From the NCBI RefSeq assembly GCF_006345805.1, contig NC_042997.1, positions 17,608,001-17,672,000 of the forward strand: a stretch of DNA of 64,000 nucleotides, written 5' to 3'. The notes below the pieces were generated by a model, which was not told where the DNA came from, did not search any database, and worked only from the letters and a program-made list of their open reading frames with translations. Position numbers and translations under genes: made by a program. This document shows, in pieces, positions 39,050 to 51,689 of this stretch. This DNA is from Octopus sinensis (Eukaryota). Numbering within the stretch: position 1 is the stretch's first letter; each line of letters begins with the position of its first letter.

Positions 39050-40260
39050 CTGTAAATTGCTGTTGAAACTGTAGTTTCTGACTAGTGAGAATGTTTTGAA
39101 TGAATTCAAAAGAAATTGGAGAATTTGTTTCTTGATAATATTTTTTAAGACAAGTAAAGTAGTTTACGTTAGTTATAAAATGGGAAAAAGAAAGAGTATT
39201 TTATGTTGAAAAGCTTTCACTGGAAAGCATACATACTCAGAGTTATCTTGTAATCTAGGATTGAACTTATGGTGTATCATTCTGTTAACTGAGAATGCCA
39301 ATTTCCAAAGTCATTTATATGCGCCATTTGCAGCTGAGCATGATTTTTCCTCATTAGAAAAATGGCAATCTCCATCTGAAGGAAAACAAAATCATGAGAA
39401 AGCAATACTGCTTGCGACTAAACTATCTGACAGCTATGTAGTACATTGAATCACTATATTCAGCTTCTGTTTGTTTCAAAAATGTACAAAATTGGGATGA
39501 TTTAGTGCATGTGCTTGAGTAAAATTCACTGTTGACATGACAAGTTCTATTACATGTAACAGATCTAAATGTTTTCTGCAAAATGTTTGCTGATGAATAA
39601 TACCATGAAACACTGTACATATTCCATGTTACGAACTTTGTATACTTGTCCAATAAGAACTTTTCCTATACTACAACCCCACCATCAGTCATAAAACACT
39701 TTAGACACTTCCAAACTTGATTGCACTTAGCCAATGTTTTCTCTGCCTCTTTGAAAATATTGTCAACAATAATTCTATGCATTTTGATCACTGAAGCTAC
39801 CTCTCTTACTTTGAAGTTAGCTTTAATTCCCTGAATCAACAACAACAACAACAATGTCAAATTGTCACATATGTCCACCAATTCATCAAGGGTTTGAGAA
39901 AAATCTTGTGTTTTATTGTTTAACTGATGCACAATGTTGTTGCCTACGTCTTCAACTGTCTTATTTATAGTTTTTTCTTGAATAAATCTGTTTTTTCTAC
40001 TTTTTTTTGCTAGACATTATTCTTCAGTTGTTTCTATAATACAAAATTTAGTTAATTCACTGACTGTAAATAGTTTTTCTATCTTAAGTTAAGAAATAAG
40101 CTACTCTCAGACTAGCTTTCACTGCAACTTCATTGCTAACATTTATCCTTATGAAAAATGACTTGTGATAAAATACTGTTTCAAACCATCATATTCTCAT
40201 TACATAGCTTTCTTGTTAGATAAAAAGAATGAAATGAATGCTTCAATTGATGTCTTTATT
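39050..40260 (-). mobile_element. Decayed hAT (GTF2IRD2/SPIN/Buster-like) transposase relic
   Basis: FSQTLDELVDICD..LLIQGI..FKV..EVASV..MH...IFKEAEKTL..CFMTDGG and QFCTFLKQTEAEYSDSMYYIAVR match the hAT catalytic core pattern (LDESTD, TDG, YHTAVRWLS). Confidence 0.8.
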
Positions 40261-41349
40261 TGTTATATTCCTTTAGCAATGCAATAATTTCTCTCTATGT
40301 CATGTACAATAGGGTGGTTAATTTGCAGAATCATTACAGCATTAAAGAAATGCATTGTAGTAACTGCTCTTGTTCTCAAGTTCCAAGTTCAAAACCCATT
40401 GTTGTCAATTCTGCTTTTTATCCTTCTGGTGTTAATAAATAAGTACCAGTCAAGTACTGAATTCAAGTCTTCTGTCTTACATAGTTGACTACACTTTACA
40501 GTTAGAGGGTTATAGAGGATCATAAAAAGAATGTAGAATAATTCTTTTTTCTTTTTAGTTACAAAATATTTCATCTTTCCATGTTATTTTTAAAGATTTG
40601 ATATTTGGAATCAGCTTATTTTTGCAGTATTATGAATAGTATGGAAAATGGTCGTTAAATGATGATGATGATGATGGCGTGTGTGTGTACATACACCTTT
40701 CATATAAAATTATAAAAAATCCAAACAGTATGTGTTTTTATTACAGGGGTAGTTTAAAACAGACAGAAATGTATACAGAGAAATGTAACAGGTTTCAAAC
40801 CACAACATTAATAAAAATAAGGTTTATAGAAACGTTATAGGGAATGTATTGACTCATTTTTCTTGTTTACAAAATCAATATTGTTTGTGAATTTGTGTTG
40901 ATGAGATTAGCATTATCTACACGTGTAATTCTACAACTTTGTACCTCATTCAGCTTCAAAATATTATTCAAGACAGCTGAAAATGTGAATTGGACCATTA
41001 GCAATTCTGTTAGCCACTGCTTTTATCAATGCTGTAACAGGAAGAGAAATAGACAGCTACTCAAACAGCTGGGTGCTAAATGAAAGATTTTCTTGAATTT
41101 TGCTTTTCATATAGCCAGAACGGAGACCAAAGTGCAAGTCATTGGTTGCGTTTTATAAAATTTGGTGAAAACCTAAAAACATCACTTGTTGCAGTGGAGG
41201 AATTTCTACACATTTAAAAATGTAAAGTTTGATATGTGCTATGTATAAAACAGCATGCAGTTAAAAATTAAAGCATATTTAGAATGAATTGGACTGATTG
41301 TAGATTTGGGGGAAATATAACACCAGCCAGTTCATCTGCTTTCCTCAAT

Positions 41350-43475
41350 GAACATAGAAACATTTTTTTGGTAATTCCCTTGTCTTAGAATCAATGATTC
41401 ATGTGAACCATAGTAAGGCTGTGTATGAGACACTTAATCTCCGTTGCTCCAATTGTTTAGAAAGGGGGAAGTACTTATTGCATAAAAATCTTGCAATTGG
41501 GAAAACTTCCATCATATATCAAGTGAAGGGATCTCAATAATTTTTTGTATAACTACAAAACATTGATTTATTTGAGGTCACTATGCAAATGAGACTTTTG
41601 CTCTGCTTTTTGATACTGAATTTCTTATTGTTTACTAACCCAATACAGGTAAAAGAAAACAAACAATTTTAGAATACAATGCCACATATTCAATGATGTC
41701 AACGAGCTGAAAGAAATGATGTTTGCAAATCCTTGGGTTAGACTGTAAAAAGCTATTGAGCTCTGTAGTTCACTCATGGATACTAGAGTTAATGTACTTT
41801 GCTAAGGTTCCATTTGCTAAAGACAATGTCTTCAAAAGTTTGTCCACAACATGATCTACACAACTATCATTAGGAACTGAAGCAGCTATTACAGGCTCAA
41901 ACAGAATTAGGTTATCAAGACTATTACAGAGTGACAGCCTGTCTGTACAGCTGTTCAACCTGTCAGTTAAGTCTTTATCAGGTCTTTTGAGAAAAAGCCA
42001 AAACTATATGCAAAAATCTACAAAGGAGAGGAAAATATATGCCACTCATACCTTTTTTGTTGATGATCAGAAGCCCTACTTACATACTGTTTACAACACC
42101 AGGGATTAGTCAGAAATGTTCATAACTTTCTTATGGAGCGATGAAATGGGATTTGGTCGGGATAAAAATTCATATTTGATGGTCAAAGAAAGTTTGAGTA
42201 AATAAGGAATATGAATATCAAATATCTATCTATCTCTCTTATCTCTAATGATGGATATTACAAGTGTCTGGAATTGATGATATGTTGGTGTCGTCAATAA
42301 AGCTAAAATGACAAAGGATACTTCATCAGACTACAGAAACTATGGAAGTTGGAGCCATCCACATTCACTGAGAACATATCCCGTATGTGTTTGTGGTACC
42401 AAGGTTTGTACCAAAAATTTGGATACTAAACTATAAAACTTGAAGAGATTTGCAACTTGGAGATCAAGATTAAGACAGTATTATGCACCACTTGTAACTT
42501 TCTGCATCAACAGCAAAACTAAATGGAGTTATGTTAGACAGAGGGACAAAGGCAGAGGTATGAGGTCAGTCTAAGCAGTCTTTCAGTGCTGTATTGTAAT
42601 ACCATTGAACAGTAAAGGGATAAAAGAGAACATCACATGAACACTCAATAAGTAATGAACATTCTGCAAGTACATGAACTCATGAAGAGGTACACAGAGT
42701 TTATATCTGTTCCAAGTTATCCAAAGTTAGCTAGACTGACCTATTTCAAAGAAACTCAATGAAGAAAAACTCATAATATCAACAAAGACTTATACATGGA
42801 CATATATTCTGCAAACCAAAGGAAACCAACAACTTCAAAAGGAAGAGTAGCCTCTGCTGGCTCTGTGATTGAATTGTCATATACTTTGAGCAATCATACA
42901 GGAAAATGATCAGTAAAAGAAGTGGATATGCTCTAAACCTCCACATTACGATACTGTCAATTGTACCCCACTATCATATCAGTATGAAACATATCCTCCA
43001 TCTCTTCAGCAGCTATGAAAAAATTTATGCAGAGTACTTCCTTTCCATGGGACTATTGCAATACTATTTACAATGCTATTCGCAGAAAGGAGTGTCCTTT
43101 CTAGAACCATACACATTTCTAGGATCATTCACATTTTTGAAAATAAGGAATACTGGAAGAACATTCTGATAAAAACTACAACCTACTGAAAGTTAAACAA
43201 ACCTGAATTTGTTCTATAGATATGCAATGTTACTATTGTAGAGCTCAGATGCTCTGGGGATGTGAATATCTTGTTTAAAGTGTCGAAAACAGAACTACTG
43301 GGGAATGTGGAGATTGTATCTTAGCTACAAATTTCCGAATGTATCTATTTTTATACATACATTGGAATACATAACAAATTTTCATTAGAAAGAAAGCAAA
43401 CTGACTTGTATCCTCCAAATCCAATCAATTAGTGGTACAGTGAAGATTTGTAAAATATTCCAAAGATTCTCTCTT
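41350..43475 (+). mobile_element. Decayed R4/Dong-like (REL endonuclease) non-LTR element, copy A
   Basis: RT remnants VHSWILE, LLQSDSLS..LF, FFVDDQKPY, YVRQRDKGRGMRS; C-terminus LQIQSISGTVKICKIFQRF at about 43413-43469. Confidence 0.7.
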
Positions 43476-43899
43476 TTAGTTTCCTAGAATGGTCATATGC
43501 ACAAAATCCCATGTGGCATACAATCAAAAAATAATTACATACATTCATGTACTAAAATGGAATGTATACCTATTACATGATAACAAGTGTACATGAATTA
43601 AAGTATACACAGTTGAATATTTTGTAGTATATAGTACTCATAATATAATCCTGAGTTAGAATCAGCATGATATTGTATGATAATGTTGGTTCTTTTAATC
43701 ATAGATACAGTCCATCCAACATTTTCTCTCTATCCTACTTTACACACAAGGTTGGATCAACTCAGGGTTATGATAAGAAAGACTTGCCCAAGGTGCTATA
43801 CATCAAGAGTGTATCTATGTTCTCAAAACTGCAAAGTGAGCTTCTTAACTTCATCATACATATACCCCACACACAGAGTAAGTATCTCAAGAAGTAGTC

Positions 43900-44715
43900 T
43901 CTTCTTGATGATTTTCCATTCAACTCCAGAATTGTTAGGCTTGTGTATCTCAGCAATGATCAAAGGAAAAATACTGTACACCAAAATATGATTATGCATA
44001 GGTATGTCTCTAGTAAGTTTGAAGATAACATGAACTTTTACCTGGAATGTAGACTCTCTTGGACTTCTGACCATTATATCACATCACATTTTACTGTTGT
44101 AATCCAAGATCTGGAATTATCTACAAAATACCTAATGAACAAAAGAGGTGCTAAATCTCTTAAATCCTTAAGATATACTAAAAATGTTGATCATGTTATT
44201 TTACTCATGTAATCAGCAGCTGCCCCTAAATGTCATTGATATATTTTCATCCAAAGCAGCTTGATGATGTTGCTAAAGCAATAAGCAGTACCATCCATAG
44301 GAAACACTGTTCTAGGATAAGTATAGTTAATGCTATTGTAATCTAATACTGCATACATATGTATGAACGAATGGAATATTGATGGAAATTCCCAGCAACA
44401 CTCCTACCAATTGCAGCACAAGCATGATGTAATTGTTTAAGACAAGTCAGGTATCCCACATACATGAATATTTCTTTCAAAATCAGCCAGTAAGAGTATA
44501 TTTATGGAAAATTACTTTGATATTTACAGCTTCTCTCTCTAGATTATAAATTCACCATATTTATTATAACTGCTACATTCAACTATTTTAGTAAATGTCT
44601 TAGTGGCAATCTCAAAAAGCTGAGGTTCCAGGCAAAAAAACTAACCAGCTAACAAACTTTGCAAATCTGTAAGTGGAACAATTAAATGTATGCAAGATTT
44701 TTTAAAAGTTCAATC
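43900..44715 (+). mobile_element. Decayed R4/Dong-like 3' fragment, copy B
   Basis: LSWTSDHYITSHF..IQDLELSTKYLMNKR, VISSCP, DDVAKAI, KHDVIV.DK, DYKFTIFII..GNLKKLRF remnants. Confidence 0.7.
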
Positions 44716-44868
44716 TATAAGACATTGTTTTTGCTATCCAAGTTCTAGTAATGGAACTTTGCTTCTTTGCTAAAAATGACCTCCTTCTTCAGAAGGAGAA
44801 TTTTAAAAAACCAACAAAAAATATGTTAAACCAATACAAAATACAGACAACTTAAGCTAAAAGGAACC

Positions 44869-45421
44869 TGTAGTGATCCTATACAACGGCGTGCGCTCGC
44901 GCACCGTCCATTTGTATTTCGCGCGTGCGGGGTTGGTGCTTTCACCACCAGAAGTAGAACCCTTTTGCCTTGTGGCAGTTAGCCGAGGCAGGGGGATCGT
45001 AGAACGTTTGACCACTAGCAGCAGTCAGCAGCGACTTGAAACATGGCTATCGAAGGTACAACACGTATATTCTCTCTGTCCGAATTTGATAGCAGTCGGC
45101 CGAAGATTTTAACCAAATTGTTGCCGACCACATCATCTTCCCTGTTCCGGACGCCATCTTTGACAAGTGTCGTTTTGCATTTGAACACTTTCTTATTTTA
45201 CAGCGATAAGGTTCAGCTGAGACACATCAATACCAAAGGGATGCCAGATACACCAATTATCTGTTACCACATAAGAGAATAAAGTAGTTATATATATTTT
45301 ACGTTTGCGTCTTGTTTGTTTCTGACGGGTAGAATTCTGGATTATTAAAGCAACGGAAAGTGATTGCTTCTCGCACCCCCAAAAGGTCCAGAGAAGATAT
45401 TCACACACGAAGTTCGTTACA
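44869..45421 (+). repeat. 5' LTR
   Basis: tgtagtgatcc...gttcgttaca; contains aataaa and a tatata tract. Confidence 0.95.
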
Positions 45422-45422
45422 G

Positions 45423-45441
45423 TGGTGACCCCCGACGTGAT
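45423..45441 (+). other. Primer-binding site complementary to the tRNA-Trp 3' end
   Basis: tggtgacccccgacgtgat versus the expected TGGTGACCCCGACGTGAT (one extra C). Confidence 0.88.
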
Positions 45442-46947
45442 TCTGGTCTAAAACCAGAGATCACTTAACAACAAAGAAATCCAGTTTTTCTGCGAAGTCG
45501 GAACACGATTAACTCTACGCATTCATCTTTCGACGATTTGTTTCCGTCCTCTCGGACCGTTATAGAAGGAGCCCTTTTCTTATTCTTCAACAATGATGAC
45601 GGACGCCATCATATCATCGATGCTTTTTCTCTGCCTTCGTCATCATCATCGTCGTCTTAGAACTTCACGTCGTCGTTATCTTCGTCGCCATCAACACTAA
45701 GAACAATGTTGTCTCAAGTCCACTACAGTCGCCTTCCTCCACCACCGTCGCCTTTCAACACCGTCGACCTCCACAAGATGTACATAGCAACTCGCGGAAG
45801 TTTAGCCCACTTGCTGTTTTGTGCATGGCACACCAAGGAATTAACAGTCCAGCACTATCTGCGAGATTCTTCTGTTCCAGTTAACCTGTCACAGCATTGA
45901 AGCCACAACCGCTACACGATATGTGTTCAACCGGCGTCTGCATTTGTGATTTCAACATTCTGTTACAGAACGAACTGCTATTGTGCATCAGGCTATTACA
46001 GACTGGTAAATTAACTCCATTGTCTGGGATAGCCCTGAGAGACATTTTTTCTATGCGCTGTATTTATTTTTGTGTTCGCATGTCACCTTGTATGTATTTT
46101 TGTCGCACACACGTACACACACATAAATGCTATCTCTCACATACATACGTCACACATGCTTTTCTCGCTTGTTTTTTCCATACTAAATTTGCCTTTGTGG
46201 ACACACCTCATTTCTATAGACCCTAGGGGTCACGTATACATAGAGAGGGTTGTTTGTCCATTATAACGCGCCGGCATGCCATACTTTTGTTCCTGTACGA
46301 ACGAGGCATATAATCGCTCAACCACTGGCATATTCATTGCTGTTTTTTGGTCTGGCAAGCCCTATTGCATTTCATGCGCCTTTGCTTCGCACGTGTATTG
46401 CCTTGTTTTTGCAACACGTTTGCGTTAGCTTAATTCTTTTCCCGACTCATAGAATGTCGGATGTTCACATGCGCTACGCCATGTATAGACGTAAATTTTT
46501 TCCCTGTTAAACTCCTGTTGGTCACGTAATTAACAGAGAAAATTATCTGTGTCGCGCATCACACCAGCATGCTTGCACTTTTGCCTTTTGTGTTACTAGC
46601 GATCTATCTGTCGATTCCATTTCCTCTCCTGCAGCAATTGATTTAACTGCTATTTCGCAGGATCAACTACCTTTAGAGAAGTTGGATTTAATTTCGCCTA
46701 GGTTCATTAACTGTGAGTTTGCTTTCCTCCCGCTCCCTACAGCGGAAGGCTCTATACTTTGTGACGTATCCACTTTCATGCATGCACTTTTGAATTTTGC
46801 TCATTTTGAGTATTTTTTCCTTTTGGTGAATTTCTTATGTATGATGTAAAATTTTGCCATTTTATTATATTGTGTGCTATTTGGTTATCTGGTATCCACC
46901 TTGAGTTTTATAGTCACTACAGGGAATTTTGTGTCGTGCTTACGCAC

Positions 46948-46960
46948 TGGGGTGGAGCTC
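46948..46960 (+). other. Polypurine-tract-like segment before the 3' LTR
   Basis: tggggtggagctc immediately precedes the 3' LTR. Confidence 0.65.
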
Positions 46961-47513
46961 TGTAGTGATCCTATACAACGGCGCGCGCTCGCGCACCGTC
47001 CATTTGTATTTCGCGCGTGCGGGGTTGGTGCTTTCACCACCAGAAGTAGAACCCTTTTGCCTTGTGGCAGTTAGCCGAGGCAGGGGGATCGTAGAACGTT
47101 TGACCACTAGCAGCAGTCAGCAGCGACTTGAGACTTGGATATCGAAGGTACAACACGTATATTCTCTCTGTCCGAATTTGATAGCAGTCGGCCGAAGATT
47201 TTAACCAAATTGTTGCCGACCACATCATCTTCCCTGTTCCGGACGCCATCTTTGACAAGTGTCGTTTTGCATTTGAACACTTTCTTATTTTACAGCGATA
47301 AGGTTCAGCTGAGACACATCAATACCAAAGGGATGCCAGATACACCAATTATCTGTTACCACATAAGAGAATAAAGTAGTTATATATATTTTACGTTTGC
47401 GTCTTGTTTGTTTCTGACGGGTAGAATTCTGGATTATTAAAGCAACGGAAAGTGATTGCTTCTCGCACCCCCAAAAGGTCCAGAGAAGATATTCACACAC
47501 TAAGTTCGTTACA
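46961..47513 (+). repeat. 3' LTR
   Basis: Near-identical to the 5' LTR (five substitutions noticed by eye). Confidence 0.95.
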
Positions 47514-48440
47514 AACCTGTAATTAAAAAAAAAATTGCCTCAAAATATCCTTTCTCAAGTTATCTTGCTGTTGTCCTGGTTTATTCCTATTCTGGGTAAG
47601 AAAGCTTCTGATTAAAGGCATTTCAGCAATGATCATATAAGTTTTCTCTTTGGCTATAATGCTATCCAATGTGTCCATCAAATTCCAAAACAATAGGGCA
47701 TAAGCAAGACAGGTGACCATGCAGAAGTTCCCATATTGTTTTGGTAGATTCTCATTATTATGGAGTATAATATAGTTTATACATTCACAAAACATCAGAA
47801 ATAAGTGAAACCAAAAATAATAGAATAGTTTGGAAAGATCTGAAACTTTATACTAGCTAAAACAAGAACTTACAGTCCCAACTCAAATTCTAAATTACAA
47901 ATAATTAAAAAACAAAAACAATGAATTCATTGTTTGCTAACTAACCTAAACCTCTTGTCACAGTTTCCATGTACGCAGTACAAAATGGTACTGAAACATG
48001 AGAAAGAATCAAGAGTTGCAGGATGTATATACAAGGGAAAAAGTGTAAGTTTAACATGTAAGCTCAATGGCTGAAAAAATTTAGGGTAGGATACTGCAAT
48101 TATATCGAACAAGAATATGCAATAAGTCATAAGTAGACAAAGTCCTAAAAGGAAGTATAATATTGAAAATGCCCAATACCCAAGTCTTAAACATACTATT
48201 AGTATAAGAATATTGCGTTTTATTGCAGAGATACTTGCAAGGAAAAAAGTATCTAAGATCTACCACAGTTAATATCAACTCCAAGAATAACGAATCCCTG
48301 CTATACAAAACGCAAAAATGTCTCGTCTGCAGCTCTGTAATACAAGAAATGAAGACATTAGCCAACAGCAAAAGACCTCAACATATTACTTCGCAGTTGG
48401 TATGATGTGGTAGTCAAAACAATTTGAAATAAAATAAGTC

Positions 48441-48668
48441 TTAACCCTGTTGATACAAATCTGCTTAAGACCATCGTGGTTCGGTGATACAAACTTCATG
48501 TTTTGAAGTAATTTGAATTAGAACCTTCCATGAAAATTTCATGTTAATTTATGCTTCAAACAGCAGCTTAATGACGACAATTTTTTTTTCTAAATTCCTC
48601 ATTATTTCAAAAATAAATTGAAAGAAAGGTAGTGTATTTCAACCGGAATATGTTAATGAAATAGTTAA
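48441..48668. mobile_element. Probable TTAA-flanked (piggyBac-type) MITE
   Basis: Begins ttaaccctgttgatac and ends atagttaa; similar layout at 55226-55430. Confidence 0.4.
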
Positions 48669-48699
48669 AGTAATGACCAGTAAGGATAAATATTCTAAA

Positions 48700-50150
48700 A
48701 CTGTTGAATTAAATAAATAAAAAACGAAATACGGTCTCCTGTGGCAGTCAGCAGCCTACATGATACGAATATAGTAAAAAACTGGAGGAAGAAGATATTT
48801 ATGAAACATTGATACGATTTTACAGCACAGTATCTCAAATACACACTCAGTTTTATATCCATATCGCACTCCCGAGTCGTCAAAAATGTCGATAGTCATC
48901 TATTAATGATGGGGAAACCATTGATAAATGCCAATATGGACATACATAGTATTGAAGCAGATGAGCAATTAAGAACGGTAGTAACGTCTCCGTTGAAAAT
49001 ATTTTCTACGTAATGTGTGAGAGTGTGTGTATTTATATATATTACACAGAAGATATATATATTGTGGGCAATAAATACGATGTTGAAATGACTGAAGATA
49101 AATAGGCACGTTGTTGTACATACCTACCTGTTAATGGCTTTTGTACTGTCATATGCACATATACATACATACATACATACATACATACATACATACATAC
49201 TACATACATACATACATACATACATACGAACATACATACATACCCATGTAAGAAATATATAAAATAAATTAAAATTTAAACTATTTTCTTACTTACATTC
49301 AAAACTTTTTTTTTCAGAAACGACCGGCTGCTTGTTTGGATAACAGGCTGAATGTCGTCTGCTCGTTTAATTTAATCACGTGATAGCTCCGTTAACCAGC
49401 GTTCCTTCTTTTCTTTTTTTTACTTTGTTTTTACTTTTTATATTTTTTTATGAAGCAGTTTCCGAATTTATAGAAATTAAGTGAACAGAAGAAAAAAAAA
49501 AAAAACTTACTATAAACTGTAACGATAATTTTATTCCCTCATTCTCATTTACTGTCATTTGACACTATCATAACTGGCATCGTGTGTGTATGTGTGTGTG
49601 TGTGTGTATTCCATCATCGTTTAGTTTTCGCTTTTGTTTCCAACTTTTGTTTTTCGTTCAGAAATAAATTTCTCGCAAATTTTCGACAAAAATTTGCACT
49701 TTAATTTTTGTCGAAATTCCTGCTGTTCTAGCCTTTGAACAACCTCTCACTCTAAATCTATTCATCGTTACATCTATATATGTATATGTGTGTGTATGGG
49801 GGGGGGGATAGACAGAATGAGTGTCATAGATGTATAAATTAAGAAGTTCACTTCATATTCGCACGATTTCACGTTCATTTTATGTCTTCTGCTATAGCAC
49901 CGGGCCAACCTATGCCTTGTCAATGAATTAATAAGTGAATTTGGAAACTAAATAAAGCCCTTGTGCATACATGTGTGTGTACATATGTGCGCGTGCACGC
50001 GTATATTTACATTTCTTTGAAAAGATCACTCATCGGTATTTTCTATTGTCTGTTGACAACTTATCGTCAACGAATTTTATTTCACACGAAATAAGAAAAA
50101 CAGGCAAGATAAGTATGGAAAAACGGATGCTAAAGCGAAAGAAATAACAT
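48700..50150. promoter_or_regulatory. CpG-enriched non-TE segment, possible promoter/5' exon region
   Basis: Visibly more CpG than the flanks; minus-strand donor-like gtaggt (49127) and gtaagt (49296); cacgtg at 49377. No transcript evidence. Confidence 0.3.
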
Positions 50151-50167
50151 ACATACATACATTTATT

Positions 50168-50527
50168 TATCTTTTACTTGTTTCAGTCATTAGATTGCAG
50201 CCATACTGGAATCTGGGATACTCCCTTGAAGAACTTTTAGTCAAATGAATCGACCCCAGTACTTTATATATATATTTTTTAAAGCCTGGTACTTATTCTA
50301 TCGATCCATTTACTGAACCGGTAGGTTATGGGACATAAACACACCAACACCGGCTGTCAAGTGGCGGCAGAACACAAACACACACAGTTTCTGTCCACTA
50401 AATCTATTCACAAGGCTTTGGTTGGCCTGGGGCTATTGTAGAAGACACTGGCCTAAGGTGCCATGCAGTGGTACTGAACCCAGAACCATGTGCATGGGAA
50501 GCAAAGCAAGATGCTTACCACACAGCT
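50168..50527 (-). mobile_element. tRNA-headed SINE with a (GTAAAAGA)-type LINE-derived tail
   Basis: Minus-strand head gctgtgtggtaag...gggttcagtacc; tail is the reverse complement of cttttacttgtttcagtcatt. Confidence 0.75.
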
Positions 50528-50570
50528 ACACACACATGTATGTATGTATGTATGTATGTATCTATGTATG

Positions 50571-50604
<34 letters not shown>

Positions 50605-50749
50605 ACCAGATGAGAAAATTAATGTTTAATGTTCTTTGTATAGGTAATTAACCAGTACTTTCATGGGATTTTGCAATCCCTGAATGAGACTTCTAACCTT
50701 TAATTGTGCTTCTGTTATATATACATACATATATATATATGTATATATA

Positions 50750-50818
<69 letters not shown>

Positions 50819-50829
50819 AATATATATAT

Positions 50830-51150
50830 ACTAGCAGTATCGCCCGGCGTTGCTCGGGTTTGTAAGGGAAATAACTATAAAGCATTTTTAGAGAGTTATA
50901 GCCAAAAATTAGCAAAAAAATGCATTAAAAATGGAAAAAAATTATAGTAAATTTTTTTTAAATCGTTGACTCATCGTAGACATGTTTAGAGAGTTACTTC
51001 CCTTATATAATAGCAAAAAAATGCATTAAAATGGAAAAAAATGATGGTAAATTATTTTTAAAATCGTAGACTCATTGTAGACGCGCGCTAATACCCAGAA
51101 GGGCTCGATATGAATCACGACTATAAGATACCCGGTTTTGGTTAAACTGC
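50830..51150 (+). mobile_element. H1 Helentron/HINE-like copy lacking its 3' end
   Basis: Matches 5030-5350 up to ggttaaactgc, then switches to satellite. Confidence 0.7.
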
Positions 51151-51679
51151 GCGGACGTGTGAGTGCGCATGCGCGAACGTGTTACTGCGCATGCGAAAAA
51201 GTGTGACTGCGCATGTGCGAACGTGTGCGTGCGCATGCGCGAACGTGTGACTGCGCATGCGCGAAAGTGTATCTGCGCATGCGCGAACGTGTGACTGCGC
51301 ATGCGCGAACGTTTGACAGCGCATGCGTGAAAGTGTTACTGCGCATGCGCGAAAGTGTGACTGCGCATGCGCGAACGTGTGACTGCGCATGCTCGAACGT
51401 GTGACAGCGCATGCGCGAACGTGTGCGTGCGCATGCGCGAACGTGTGCGTGCGCATGCGCGAATGTGTGCGTGCGCATGCGCAAAAGTGTGACTGCGCAT
51501 GCGCGAACGTGTGACTGCGCATGCGCGAACGTGTGACTGCGCATGCGCGAACGTGTGACTGCGCATGCGCGAAAGTGTTACTGCGCATGCGCAAAAATGT
51601 GACTACGCATGCGCGAAAGTGTGCGTGCGCATGCGCGAACGTGTGTGTTAGCATGCGCGAACTTGTGACTGCGCATGCG
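51148..51679. repeat. About 22-bp minisatellite, consensus gcgcatgcgcgaacgtgtgact, roughly 24 units
   Basis: Directly visible tandem units; very CpG-rich. Confidence 0.95.
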
Positions 51680-51689
51680 TAGGTGCTTG

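Larger units (their letters stand above)
44869..47513 (+). mobile_element. Non-autonomous Gypsy-type LTR retrotransposon, 2645 bp, TSD AACC
   Basis: Direct 553-bp TG...CA repeats, PBS, PPT, and aacc at 44865-44868 and 47514-47517. The 1.5-kb interior has no long ORF. Confidence 0.93.

Noticed and set aside
7700-41700. The 7.7-8.9 kb and 41.3-43.5 kb R4-like relics as two halves of one element split by 33 kb of insertions
   Set aside because: Both appear to include the same early RT segment (GKT..I and the following motif), so they are more likely independent copies; the first call is also weak.
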